Origin: Octopus vulgaris
Taxonomy: Eukaryota
Direction: 5' to 3'
Assembly (NCBI GenBank): GCA_951406725.2
Contig: OX597826.1
Location: forward strand, 18,538,001 to 18,602,000
Length of the DNA: 64,000 nt
Shown: one piece after another, positions 1-12,764 of the stretch
Position numbering within the stretch: position 1 is the stretch's first letter
How the letters are laid out: each line of letters opens with the position of its first letter
Translations under genes and position numbers: made by a program
Notes under the pieces: model-generated
What the model was told of the DNA's origin: nothing
What the model saw: the letters and a program-made list of their open reading frames with translations, nothing else
Databases searched by the model: none

Positions 1-179
1 TTGTCAGTCAGACATGATTTGATGTTTTTCAACATTTTTCTCTCCATAAACACATTTTATGGATTGATAGTGAGGAAGTAGCACACATATTATTTAGCTC
101 AAAGGGGTCAAATGCTGGCAAAAAGAAAAATATTTTCTAATTTAAATTCTTAACCTCCACCCCACAAGCCTGTATGTGT

Positions 180-235
<56 letters not shown>

Positions 236-536
236 GTAAAAGCATATTTACTTACAAAAAAGTATACTATTAAATTATCTTTAATATAACTTTTAAAAAT
301 GTGTTTGGGTATCTTCTTGCATTTGATGATTTTGATCATTAGTAGTATTTTTATTTTGAATGTATCTAGATGTGAATTATGTAGTTCATTTTTGTACAAT
401 TTAAATCCAACAACTAAAATTTAAAGTCGCAGATATGAGAAATTCTACATACATGTTCAAACTGACAGAACAGGAAATTTGTATAGTATGCATATAATAA
501 TTTTATTTTCATTTGACTAAAAAAAAATTCTTTTAT

Positions 537-610
537 GCAGTGCACTAACATGGCCACAGACTAATGACTGAAACAGGTAAAAGAGTAAAAGATAAAAAGA
601 AAAGATAAAA
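537..610 (+). mobile_element. SINE family A (octopus OK/OR-type tRNA SINE), 3' tail fragment
   Basis: catggccacagactaatgactgaaacaggtaaaagagtaaaag matches the tail of fuller family A copies (reverse complement at 3145, 14711 and 26930). Confidence 0.7.
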
Positions 611-930
611 GTAGTTAAGAACTATGGAAAAGCCAATGCTAATACCTTCAAAAGAATAAATGACAAGGCAAACAAATTAATTAACAAACTGGATTTAGCA
701 GAAAAAACTGCAATATTCATACCTAAAACCCTTAAATTTAACTTAAAAGGCCACAAAGTTAACTTTAACAATAAACCATTCATCAGACTTATCAGCCCTT
801 ACTGCATTGGAGCTTTGTAGGGTAAGCAAGGAAATTACAGACAGAATTATTCCTAACATTAAAAAACATTATTACGCTATGTGGAATAATACAAATGAAG
901 TAATGGAATAAGTCAAACATCTCCTTTCTT
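605..930 (+). pseudogene. Penelope-like element RT, N-terminal fragment (degenerate, possibly Naiad-type)
   Basis: Translates KNYGKAN..RINDKANKLINKLDLAEK..FNLKGHKVNFNNKPFIRLISP / [24 protein letters not shown], matching the PLE motif LKDHKxNFxNxPxxRLINP..SKxILD..WxNTxxVxxW; one frameshift and one stop. Confidence 0.7.
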
Positions 931-932
931 CA

Positions 933-959
933 GATATATATGTGTGTGTGTATGTATAA

Positions 960-1007
<48 letters not shown>

Positions 1008-1150
1008 GTATGTATATGTATATATATGTATATGTAAATATATGCATATATATATGTATATGTAAATATATGCATATATATATGTATATACATGTGTGTG
1101 TGTATATATATTTGTGTATATGTATATATATATATATATGTGTGTGTGTG

Positions 1151-1204
<54 letters not shown>

Positions 1205-1482
1205 CATATATATGTACATATATATGTACATATATATGTACATATATATGTACATATATATATGTACATATATATATATATATATATACATATATATATA
1301 CATATATATATACATATATATATACATATATATATACATATATATGTACATATATATGTACATGAGGGTTTCGAATGTCCTGTCCGTGTTTATTGTGTCG
1401 TCTTCTAAGAGTTATACGTTCTTGTCCATGTTGTATTTTTCTACATACCTTAATATATATATATATATATATATATGTACAT
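933..1482. repeat. Compound (TA)n/(TATG)n/(TATATATGTACA)n microsatellite with an 85-bp unique insert at 1365-1450
   Basis: Directly visible. Confidence 0.95.
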
Positions 1483-1768
1483 AGGCCATCAGATGTTGCT
1501 ACACATAGCTGATCACAATGCGCTTCACATTGTTTTAGCCTTCAAATGATGCCACCCCGCTGGCTAAGCGAGCAGGCCAACAGAAGAAAGAGTGAGAGAA
1601 AGTTGAGGTGAAAGAGTACAGCATGGATCGCCACTACCCCCTGCCAGAGCCCCGTGGAACTCTAGGTGTTTTTGCTCAATAAACACTCACAATGCCTGGT
1701 CTGGGAATTCAAATCTCAATCCTACGACCACGAGTCTGCTGCTCTAACCACTGGGCCATTGTGCCACC
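1483..1768 (-). mobile_element. SINE family C, tRNA-derived
   Basis: Minus strand starts ggtggcacaaTGGCCCAGTGGttagagcagcagactcgtggtcgtaggattgagatttgaattcc (A box, degenerate B box); head and body shared with 37834-38070. Confidence 0.85.
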
Positions 1769-1770
1769 AC

Positions 1771-1806
<36 letters not shown>

Positions 1807-1899
1807 GCATATATATATATGTATATATATATATGTGTATACATATGTGTGTGTAACTATATATATAGATAGATATACGTGTGTGTGTGTGTATATATA

Positions 1900-2213
1900 G
1901 ACACCTTCTTCTGCTCTCTGACCCCACGCCCAGCTACCAACAGACTATGTCCTCCACTATCCATGACCTCATCTCCTCACCAACACCACCCTCCTCACCG
2001 GCACTCATCACCGACTCCTTCACTTGCACTTCTACCAATGTCATCTATTGTATCTCCTACTCTCTCTGCCCTTCTCTATACATCAGGCAATCGGGACGCC
2101 GCTTGGCTAACCGGTTCGCAGAACACCTCCGAGACATCCGACTCAGCAATGACACCCTGGTCTTGCGCCATTTCCGCTCTACCAGTCACTCTTTGCAACA
2201 CCTACTTCCTCCC
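1900..2213 (+). pseudogene. Penelope-like element remnant with GIY-YIG endonuclease
   Basis: ORF 1881-2228 contains ITDSFTCTSTNVIYCISYSLCPSLYIRQSGRRLANRFAEHLRDI..RHF, matching the PLE GIY-YIG signature FTCxSxNVIYCIxCxxCxxxYIGxTGRxLxxRFxEH. Confidence 0.88.
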
Positions 2214-3038
2214 ACCATCATCGTTTAATGTACGCTTTCCATGCTAGCATGGTTTGGATGATTTGACTGAGGGCTGGTGAACCAGATGGCTGCACCAGGC
2301 TTCAATCTTGATCTGGCAGAGTTTCTACAGCTGGATGCCCTTCCTAACACCAACCACTCCGAGAGTGTAGTGGGTGCTTTTATGTGCCACTAGCACGGGG
2401 CCAGTCAGGCGGTACTGGCAACGACCTTGCTCGAATCTTTTACACATTCCACCAGCACAGGTGCCAGTAAGATGATGCTGGTAATGATCACGCTCGAATG
2501 GTGTCTTTTACGTGCCATCGGCACAGAGGCCAGATAGCCGCTCTGGCAACGATCATGCTTGGATGGTGCTCTTAACACCCTACTAGCACGGGGCTTGAGT
2601 GCCAGTAAGGCGAGGCTGAAAACGATCACACTCGAATGGAGCCTTTTATGTGCCACTGGCACAGAAGCCGGTTAGCCGCTCTGTCAACGATCACGCTCAT
2701 ATGGTGCTCTTTGCACCCCGCTAACACAGAAGCCATTTTTGATTTTGATTTTGATTGTGATTTCACTCGCCTCAACAGGTCTTTGCAAGCAGAGTTTTAG
2801 TGTGCAAAGAAGGAAAAGGTATGCATAAGTGGGATGGTTACGCCCCTGGCAAAGGCCACGAGATTATGGGCTCATTTGGCTTGCCGGGTTTTCTCACGCA
2901 CAGCATATTTCCAAAAGTCTCGGTCACTAGTCATTTCTTCAGTGAGGCCTAAAGTTCAATGGTCGTGCTTCATCACTTCATCCCAGGTCTTCCTGGGTCT
3001 ACCTCTTCCACAGGTTCCCTCAACTGCTAGGGTGTGAC
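2214..3038 (-). mobile_element. RTE LINE family 1, 5'-truncated (ORF end, tandem-repeat 3' UTR, (GAT)n tail)
   Basis: Minus strand encodes TLAVEGTCGRGRPRKTWDEVMKHD..LWKYAVREKTRQAK*, homologous to the C-terminus of the RT ORF at 48844-50049. Confidence 0.9.
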
Positions 3039-3070
3039 AGACAGATGTGTATATATATATATATGTGTGA

Positions 3071-3107
<37 letters not shown>

Positions 3108-3144
3108 GAGAGAGAAAGAGAGATAGTGTGAGTGAGTGTGTTTA

Positions 3145-3388
3145 TCTTCTTTTTCTCTCTTTATTTTACTTGTTTTGGCCATTGGTCTATGCCCATGCTG
3201 GGGCACAGCTTTGAGCAATTTTTAGTCGAATGAATCACCCCCAGTACTTGTACCAAATCCACTCACAAGGCTTTGATCAGCGTGAGGCTATAGTAGAAGA
3301 CACTCACCCAAGGTGCCATGCAGTGGGACTGGGCTTGGAACCATGTAGTTGGGATGCAACAATTCTTACACAAAGCCATACCTGTACC
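3145..3388 (-). mobile_element. SINE family A, internally deleted
   Basis: tRNA-like head (ggttccaagcccagtcccactgcatggcaccttgggtgagtg) and the gactgaaacaagtaaaa-type tail. Confidence 0.8.
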
Positions 3389-3462
3389 TAAACACACAGA
3401 CACATGCATACTGACACACACAAACACAGAGATACATGTATAACACATATGCATGCACAAAC

Positions 3463-3495
<33 letters not shown>

Positions 3496-3570
3496 CATAC
3501 CGGAGTAAACACATAAATGTGAAACAAGGTGGAAAAAAGAGTACTCAAATACCAGTGGTAGAGTAATATG

Positions 3571-3685
3571 CTTTATTTAAAGCAGCAGAAAATTCAACAA
3601 AACCTGTTACTCTGAGTTGCCGTTCATCGAAACGTGAAACTCAGAGTAACAGGTTTTGTTGAATTTTCTGCTGCTTTAAATAAAG
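3571..3685. repeat. Perfect 48-bp inverted repeat with a 19-nt loop containing hammerhead core fragments
   Basis: 3571-3618 is the exact reverse complement of 3638-3685. Confidence 0.95.
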
Positions 3686-4097
3686 AATAAATACATATAT
3701 ACATATACAGACTTATATATACGTATGTGCCTGTATATATAATTTTAGGTATATGATAAAAAATTCCTCCCTACTGGGTTTAAAATGGCATAATAACAAA
3801 TCTAAGTACATTTTTCTGATTTGATATGGCTTACTGTCATGAAATACAACCATACATATTGTGCAAGAACCAGGTGCACTTTGGTTATAAAATAGACAAA
3901 CATATCGTTAAAATCTCATCGAACAGAATGCAACTTGTCCAGTATCTAACCACAAATTCATAGACTGTATTACAATAAGGCCAGAATGAACAATCTCATG
4001 AAAAAACAAATTAGCAGATCCACAAAACAGACATCAGATAAAGAATGCAAAGAATAACTTTGGAAGGTTTACTAATATGAAACTAAATTAAACATAC

Positions 4098-4230
4098 AGG
4101 CACAGTTGTGGCCGTGTAGTAATAAGCTTGCATCCCAACCATATGGCTCGGGGTTCAAAAAAATAAGCACTGTGAGTAATTCATTTAACTAAAATTCTTC
4201 AAGGCAATGCCCCAGCATTGAAACAAGATA
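4098..4230 (+). mobile_element. SINE family A, collapsed copy
   Basis: Head ggcacagttgtggccgtgtagtaataagcttg..ggggttcaaa joined directly to tail aaggcaatgccccagcattgaaacaag. Confidence 0.7.
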
Positions 4231-4652
4231 GATATATCAATTAAAATCTATATCATAATAGCTTGAAATCTAAAAGGATTTATCATTTTAAATCCATGTG
4301 CATGTGTGTGTGCATGTTTACGTGTCTGTCTTTAATCTACCAACATTGGCACTATTTTGTCACTACTCGCAAAATGTTATGTTGTGTCATGTTTATGCTC
4401 CAAATTCTGTAACATAGTGCTTTAACAAACAGAGATCGATAAGAGATCTACCAGACCTAGCCTGTTCAATCCATTTTTCTAGTTTACCGGGAATTGGCAG
4501 ACACCGAATCAAAAATCCAATCAAACTAAATCTAAATTGGTTGATGCAAATACAGACAGATCAACTGTGTAGAATTCGGTTATTTACAAATGTCTGCTCA
4601 CAGACAGTGTTATTTCAGTTGTTGTTTTGAGTAATTTTCCAATTGTTCAACC

Positions 4653-4877
4653 ATGAAACTCACCACAGTCAAACACTTCTCAAACGTTTTTATTACAACA
4701 CAAAAACATGCATTGTTTACAACTGATGAAGTACTGAAAATTTTCGAAGATTCTGATAAAAATCAACAAGTATTCAATCAAACATATCCAAAGAATGTGT
4801 TGGAGTCAATTAAAGATGAAAGATTTCAAGTGGAAAGTGATAAATATGTGTCTCAAATGAGTGGACTTGGTTGTTAA
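4653..4877 (+). other. Short acidic ORF, possibly a piggyBac-type transposase N-terminus
   Basis: FTTDEVLKIFEDSD resembles the acidic N-terminus of piggyBac transposases; no catalytic domain or TIR found. Confidence 0.25.
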
Positions 4878-5765
4878 TCAACTAATAGTAGTGCTGATGT
4901 AATATTGATATTGGATTGACAATTTACCAACTGTAAAAAATATTTTCAATTTTTAGGAATTTTTGTTTGGTAACTTTTTACCAAACAATCAGTTTATTAC
5001 TTGAGACGTGCCTTTTTATGTGTTATTTGTGTAGAGCTCATGTATAGACGCTAGTTATCTCATTGTGCACAAAGCTGATTAGGTTAAAAATAAGTACTCG
5101 GGTTGATATGCTCAACCTTTCAAGGCAGTGTCACAACAAGGGGCCACAACCTAAAAATACTATTCCGTCAAAGAAATAATGTGTGTGTGTGTGTGTAGCG
5201 TCAAAACAAATTACATTAAAAGGACAACACAGGAAGAATAGATTCACTAACATGGTATTAGCTTCACACTTTTAATAGAAAGACAGCAGGGATTTGCATT
5301 GGAGATTAATCCTTTATCAGAAAAAAAAAGAAAGAAAAGAAAGTGGAAATAAAGGAAAGAATTGGAAACCAGGTGGGATGGCAGTTCTATGGAGGGGGGA
5401 GTTATGGAGGAAGAAGGCAGGTATATAAATACAAATATCAGACTATAATGTGTGTGGAAGCAGGTAGGAGGAGGAGTGTGTGTGAACCTATAGTGGCATT
5501 GGTGGTGTAAAAAGCATGTATGTGAGGAGGTGAAAGTGTGTGCAAGGGATTCAAAAGTATTAGCAAAGCATATGGGCTACAAGAGAGCAAGGTAGAAAAT
5601 GTTATTGATGTGTGTGCACTTAAGGGTGGGAAAATGTGGGGTTTTTTTTTTTTTGTTTTTTTTTTACAAAGAGTGAAAGTGTAAACTAAATGCTGAAGTC
5701 TGTACGGGGAAGAAGTGTCAAAGAAATTGGTAGTGTCCATGCATGTAGATGTGTGTTTATATATA

Positions 5766-7679
5766 TTAGCAGAGATACCTGACATGGCCAGCATCACATG
5801 GAACTGAAGAATTAGACTTATCTTTTATATTTTCTCTAATGAACAGGAATACCTATGATTCAAATTTCATCAAAATTGGAGATGAAGAATTTTAAGGGAT
5901 GTTCTTTCCCTCTTTACACACCCTAACAAAAATTCTAATTATGATATATTTATCCCATACTACTCATCTTTATGCCCAGGTTCCAAAATCCAAATCCTAT
6001 AAAACCTATTCAAAGGATTTTACTCCTGAAAAATGGAGCACATGAAGCTTTAAAATGTGGGAGTTAAGGCCCCCTACCGGGGGGGGGGTCCTTAAAGTCA
6101 ACTAGAGAAGTTGAATTGTTGGGAATCTTTTTTAATTTGTCTTATTTCTATTTCTTTGAAATTGGAAATATATGAATGTTCACCGGGTTTGTAAAAGAGA
6201 GCAAAGCCAGAGGAAACCAAAAGACGTATGATCACAATAAGCAGTCAGCTACCCTACCCTAGTTGTTACTGCTCCCCAATGTAGGATTTCTCACCATACA
6301 GGTAACCAGCACAGCCGTAAGATGCATTACGGGTCTATAGCAATTGGAAGGGCATGACCCAACTCAAATAAACATTAACAACTGTGTGATGTGAGGGCTA
6401 AGGGAAAATGAAAGTGTCACCTCTAGAGTTTAATAGTGATCACTATGCTGATAGGTAATTGAATAGAATAAATTTGCAATTTATAAATCTCTTTGAATGA
6501 CCAATCACTTATCTGGAAAGGCCTTGAAATCAATGTTACCATCTGGGGACTATCTTTGATCCAGTGATAATAAAAAGACTCAAAGGAGGTCTGCAACCAA
6601 ATAACTTAACTCAAAATATCCCATTGCAACTGAATCAGTGAAGGCAAAGATGCCTCTCCTTTACTTGACAATTTATGCACCACATTGCAGAAATCACAAT
6701 CTAAGTATATCCCAAAGCAAATTCTTACACTGTTGTACTATTGAATTACAAATAATGCTCATCTTGTATCCTCAGGTAACTAAATGTGAGAGTTAAGCCC
6801 CTCATTAAAGGGGTCTTACTAACCTCCTAAGAAGTTGAAATTTTAGGGATATTACTTCATTTGTATCAAATATCTATAGTTAAAATTTCATCAACAAAAA
6901 AATATGAATTTTCATGGGGGTTATGGCTTCATTTATGTCCATTCACTTCTAAACATATACTGCATTACATCCCGTTTTATGCATAGAATATAATTTCCAA
7001 ATTTCATAAAGATCCATTCAGTACTTTTGACCTTGTTTTGGATCATAAAAAAATGACAAAAATTTGAGAGTTAAGGCCCCCGTTAATTCTTAGAATCCTC
7101 ATGAGAAACTTTGGGAATACTTCATGATTTGTGTCAATTACCTATGGTGAAATTTCATCAACATTGAAAATTTATGAATTTTTATGGTGGTGGTGGTGGT
7201 GGTGGTGGTGGGGGTTCTGCTCCCTTTAAGTCCCCTCAAATACAAACCAAACATACTGCATTAAACCCACCCTTATGCATTGAATCTTAGATTCAATGCA
7301 AAAGGATGGTTTTAATGCAGTATTATAAGGACCCATTCAGTAATTTTGGTTCTTGAAAAATCACTAAAATTTGGGTATTAAGCCCTCATTAGTGTGTCTT
7401 AGAATCATCCAAAGAAATGGAAATTTTGGGTATATTTTTTTAATTTATTTCTAATACCTATGGTTCAAATTTCATCAAAATCTGAAGCATATGAATGTTC
7501 ACGGGGGATTCTGTGCCGCTTTATGCCCCCTCAAAATTGTATGAAACATACAGCATTACCCTTCTCCCTAGGCTTGGATTTTGTGTTCCAAATTTCATTA
7601 GGATTGATCCAGTAGTTTTCAAGTCTATAAGTAACATGTGAACATACAAACATTGACTTTTAAATAATATATATATAGA
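5766..7679 (-). mobile_element. Non-autonomous Helitron with internal ~300-bp degenerate tandem units
   Basis: Minus strand begins TCTATATATAT..AAAAGTCAATGTTTGTATGT at 7679 and ends with a CTGGC-cat-GTCAG hairpin, a short spacer and CTAA|T at 5766; motifs aaatttcatcaa and gagttaaggcccc recur near 5860, 6060, 6790, 7070 and 7370. Confidence 0.75.
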
Positions 7680-7707
7680 CACACACCCTCATATACACAT
7701 ATACACA

Positions 7708-8228
7708 GCCATGGTTGATCAGAACTGATGGGGTGTGAAGGGAATATAATCTCATATAAATGTGTGTCTGTATTGTAAAAATGACTCCTATCTTCTCCAA
7801 TGGTGAAATGATTAAAGAAGACTCTTTATTTGTGGAAGATGGGGCACCTTGTCACATGGCTAAAAAGACCCAAGATTGGTTGGAAGAGAATGGCATTAAA
7901 AAGTTTCCATAGCCAAGCCAGTCACAAGATATGAACCCTATTGAACACCTCTGAGGCATAACGGGCAGGACACTTTGTAAAAATAACAAGAAAGCATCTT
8001 CAAAGCCAGATCTTTTGAGATTACTGCATGAAACTTGGCCAGAAATTCCTCAAGAGAATATTCGTCATCCGATCAGTAACATGCCTAATAGGGTCCTTGC
8101 ATTGAAAAATGCAAAGAGCATGTCCACTAAATATTAAATATTCACATCATAATAATTAATAAGTAATTTGCATGCATAATTTCAGATTTAAATAAATTTT
8201 AACGATTATAAGAGTGTCTATTTACTTA
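7708..8228 (+). pseudogene. Tc1 (DD34E) transposase, C-terminal remnant
   Basis: FVEDGAPCHMAKKTQDWLEENGIKKFP*PSQSQDMNPIEHL*..SNMPNRVLALKNAKSMSTKY*; 34 residues between D and E; in-frame stops at the Trp positions. Confidence 0.92.
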
Positions 8229-8280
8229 CATGCGTGTGCGTGTGTGTGTGTGTATATGTGTGTGTGTATGTATATGTGTG

Positions 8281-8314
<34 letters not shown>

Positions 8315-9141
8315 GATATATATAAAGAGTATAAGCAGATTAAATGCATGTAAGGGGCACTTGAAGTAAAAGTTTTTTCTGAGAGTTAACACTGATCCAC
8401 TGGATTTTCCCTCTACACCATCACTCAAAACAATCTAACCAAAATTGTGGTATTTTTAACAATTTCTCTCACCTGGTTTGTTGTAAGCTGTCTTCATCAT
8501 TATTACAGTGAGAACAGCAATTTTGAAACCTAACAGTTTAGCAGCAATGATATAACCTAACCACAAGTGAAATTTTATCCTTGGTCAGTCAAAACGACAT
8601 AGCTCATCACTGATGCAATACTTGGCTGTTGGCACAAAACTTTTCGATTTAAGGAGAAAAAAAGAGTTGGCAGGTTGATGCTTTCTCATAAATCATGAGC
8701 AGCACAAAATGAAAGCTCTTCCAAGTGAAAATCGAAACAAGGTCATGGACTATATTTCAAGGGAACTTATAGCTCTGTACCATGTTGAACTTCCCACAAC
8801 AATAGCAACATTAATGGTTATTTCTCTCACTGCCATCCCCACCAACCCTGAAGCGCAGACTAGACAGCTCTAGTGAACCACATTTGGCAATGCCCCAACA
8901 CAGTTCCAACAGGATTTGTAATTAACACAATAATCAGTTATTAGAAGTCAGCTTCAAAGTTGGATATTTTGTTTCACTATGGAAATTTCTAAAACGGTAC
9001 AAAGCATCAAAGGGACGGAGAATGAGCATGAAAATGATTAAAATTCTAGTTAGTGGTCGTCCTTTTTATAGATATAGCACTATGGAATTGTTTAATGGAA
9101 AGATATAAAGACAAAGAAGATGGATGGAGAGGAGAGAGAAA

Positions 9142-9177
<36 letters not shown>

Positions 9178-9549
9178 GGGGAGGAGGGAAGAGAGATAGA
9201 GAGAGAGGGGAGAGAGAGAATGCGTGTGTGCTGCACAGTTGGATAACTAGTATTTCCAGATATAAGATACAGTGACTTAGTTAAAAAGCTGTACTCAACC
9301 AGCTTAAGTTCAAACCCCAGTTACCAATAACCATTGTGGTGCATTGAATGTTTGTTGGTGGTCAGTCTAGTTCCAAGAGAATTAAGATTAAACAGAACTA
9401 ATGATATGCTAAGAAGAAGACTCAACCACCCACTAACCTACATCTTAGTTCCCAATGATTTTCTTCGGTATATTGCAGCTATTTACTACACTAATTTCAA
9501 ACATGAGTACAAGGTCACACATTCTGCGAAAGAGAAACATCAATTATAT

Positions 9550-9875
9550 TGGTTTCAAATTTTGGCATGGGGCCAGAAATTTTAGGGGAGGGGTAAGTTG
9601 ATTATATTGACCCCAGTATTCAACTAGTACTTATTTTATTGACCTTGAAGGAATGAAAGGCAAAGTTGACCTCAGCGAAATTTGAACTCAGAATGTGAAG
9701 ACAGACACAAAATGCCACTCAACATTTTGCTTGGCATACTAACAATTCTGCCAGCTCTTCGCCTTAGAACTATCAATTATATTGACCGCAGTACATAACT
9801 GGTACTTATCAAGTTTGAAAAGAATGAAAGGCAAAGTCAATTACAGCTGTATATTTTTAATTCAGAACATAAATT
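9550..9875 (-). mobile_element. SINE family B: full copy (9550-9766) plus a partial copy
   Basis: Minus-strand head aaggcgaagagctggcagaattgttag..ctgagttcaaatttc and body ctttgcctttcattccttcaaggtcaataaaataagtac. Confidence 0.85.
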
Positions 9876-10544
9876 GGATGAACTTTACCAACTACAGAGT
9901 TTACAAGAGAGACTTTGTGATAGAATGGTTAAGGTTCAAAACTGATCACTGTCTTAATACAAAATAAGACACTAAACTGAGAAGACGAAAACAGGGAAAA
10001 TGATGCTGATGCTGGTGTTGATAATTATTATTACAGTTATGATGCTGATGATGATAACAATGTAGCAACAATACATCATTTTACTATTATTGTTTTGCCT
10101 TTAATTTTCAAAAACCGACTTAATCTCTCCTGTATTCCATATTTTTTTATGCTTAAAACTACAATGGATCAGATTGCTGTATAGGAACTAGATTTGATAT
10201 GTATATAAATGGATTGAATACTTGTTTCTTTGGGATTGGTCAGGTGATGTAGGCATCTCTGATTGAGACCCCAGTTAGGTAAATTCTGCTATACCTGCTA
10301 ACTGGCACATACTTTTCATAACAATGTTATATTAAGGCCTGCACATATCTTTATATTGCATTTTTTAATGATAATGCCAAGGAAATGAATTGATTTAGTT
10401 TGCAGAAAGATTCCTTTGGCATCAGTCGTAACAACAATCTGCTTGTGGATGTTATATAAAGACTAAAATATCAATAACATTTTCTATGTTTATTATTTCA
10501 ATATATGTTTGTGTGTGTAAGTATGTAGGTATGTACGTGTGTAT

Positions 10545-10855
10545 ATAAAGTGTCTGTAAAGGTCTTCAGCATCAATCATGTCACATGGGAGCAGGTAGAA
10601 GATGGCTAAGGACAGGGTCAAGAGGTGGTCAGCTGTTCACAACGACATGCAAACCGGCAAAGCCAACAAGATTGCCGTAGCAAGCCAAGAAAACCAATAT
10701 CATCAGAACTCTAGCTATCACCACCACCACTCTTTATCCACACTACAAGCGAACCTTCATGACATGGCTTGACCTGATCAGTCTCCAACATACTCACAAA
10801 GCCCAACCCCAAAACTTAGGACTAAATGGTCCTCATTGCTCCAACGGATGAAGAT
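10545..10855 (+). pseudogene. RTE (BovB-like) LINE 3' end, degenerate
   Basis: KVSVKVFSINHVTWEQ..MAKDRVKRWSAVHN..ANKIAVA..PHYKRTFMTWLDLISLQHTH resembles the RTE C-terminus WE..A.DR..WR and the terminal CPHCxRxF..GLxSHxRTH finger. Confidence 0.7.
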
Positions 10856-10863
10856 TAATCTCA

Positions 10864-10898
<35 letters not shown>

Positions 10899-11049
10899 AC
10901 ACACACACACAAGCATACGTATCTGTATGTGAGGTAAAGTAAGAATTGTAAGAGATATTAAAATTACATTTTACACTGTGCAAACATTAATTGATATAGA
11001 ACTCAATACTTTAGGTAGATTTAAATGAGAGAAGAGTTGAAGTCAGTGC

Positions 11050-11396
11050 TTAACTGCTAATAGTGTTTGAACCCAATGAAGATATTTTTTTCTCCCCCTG
11101 ATCTGTTAACACAGAATGAAATGAGGCTGTATCTATACAATCCAGAAAAGAAGGCACACTACATGGTATAGCATCACATCCCTTTACCAAGACCAACGAA
11201 ATTCATGAGTCAGTGATTGGAAAAGAAAGTTATGCTGGTTGTTTGTGTGGATGACAAGAGTGTAAGTCTCTTTGTCCCTTAAATGTCAACAGCAAGTGAC
11301 AGCCTGAGACTCAGACTCAGAAACCTTAAAGAAGCTACCAGGAGACCAAACAAGAATTTGAAAACAATCCATAATGATGATAATGCACAACCACAG
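11050..11396 (+). pseudogene. mariner transposase remnant
   Basis: LLTQNEMRLYLYNPEKK..PRPTKFMSQ*LEKKVMLVVCVDDKSV..RNLKEATRRP..HNDDNAQP corresponds to mariner VTGDETWxYxYxPE..PxPKK..GKVMxxVFWD..LHDNARPH. Confidence 0.75.
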
Positions 11397-11874
11397 CTTT
11401 CGTAACAAATCTGGCTTCAACGCACCACTCTTCCCACTCACATATACCATTGAGTAACACAGTATCTACTCCTGTTCAGCCCTCCCTACAATCCTACCAC
11501 TTTCAAATCCTTGTCTGTCTGTCTGTCTGTGTGTGTGTGTCTCTTATATACATGTATGTATGTATGTATACACACACACACATATAGGCACTTCTGTTTA
11601 GTAGAAAAGTGAAATGAAAATGTTTGAAAATAATGAGAAAAACAGTTCAGAGAGAGAAATAAAGACATTGATGAGTTTTTTTTTAGCACAAGGCCACATG
11701 TTTTATTGACTTCTAGAAGGATGATAGTGTTTGGCAAAATTTGAACTTTGAATGTATTATAAATTGAGTTAACCCCAATACATGAGAACCACTTTATAAA
11801 AAAGCCCACTTGATTCTAGCAAAAACTAAAAATATAAGGGTACCAAATGAAATACTTAACCCAATGTTTGTACA

Positions 11875-12255
11875 TTCATCATCATCCTCAACAATTAATG
11901 CCTGTTTTCCATGCTGGCATGGGTTGGATGACTTGACAGAAACTGGCAAGGCCAGGTTCCTTAGTCTATTTTGGCTTGTTTTCTATGGCTGGATGCCCTA
12001 CCTAACACTAACCACATTACAGAGTATACTGGGTGCTTTTTACATGGCACCAGCACCAGTGCTTTTTACATGGTACTTTGGTTTTAAGATCTCGATTTTG
12101 TTGTTGTGGACAGATCTTATTGAGTGCAGCAATGCACCACATATCTTGGTCCTCTGTCATCTCCTTTGTAAGGTTCATAATTTTGAGATCAGCCTTCAAT
12201 ACTTTGTCCCATGTCTTCCTGGGTCTTTCACAACTTGCCTTCACTTTGTACATTA
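11875..12255 (-). mobile_element. RTE LINE 3' fragment, older copy
   Basis: ORF 12017-12253 RPRKTWDKVLKADLKIMNLTKEMTEDQDMW; 3' UTR motif ggatgccc(t)tcctaac and (GAT)n tail. Confidence 0.85.
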
Positions 12256-12724
12256 GTAGTGATTAAAATAAGGAGTATTTGCAGTGATGATGAGAGGGTA
12301 TTGGTATGAGTTATACTGGGTTAGTGTATCTGCCTTGAGATATAGCCAGGTAGTTTGGGTATATTTAGCTGGATAAAATGTGTTGTGGCTCTGGCGAATT
12401 CTTGAAAATATTACAATCATTTTTATCATTTGAAATCTTGGAATTATGCAAGTATTTCTTTCTTCTACCTCACTGCAGAAATCTTTTCCTTCAGATTTCT
12501 TATATCTATGTAAAAACATTCATTTTAACTACTTTTTTTTTATATATTTATTTTTTACTATTCTGCATTGTAATCCCAATACAAGCATATGCTAAGGCAG
12601 CTGTATAGATGGTCAACACCAAAATTTGTCTGAAATTTTTATTCAGTGCAACAATTTAATGGTAACAAAGAAAATCTATTTATCTCAGTAATGAAATCAA
12701 TATTTTATTGTAGTCTGATTTTTC

Positions 12725-12764
<40 letters not shown>

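Noticed and set aside
3780-4080. Possible decayed GIY-YIG fragment (TVMKYNHTYCARTRCTL)
   Set aside because: Too degenerate to support without a profile search.
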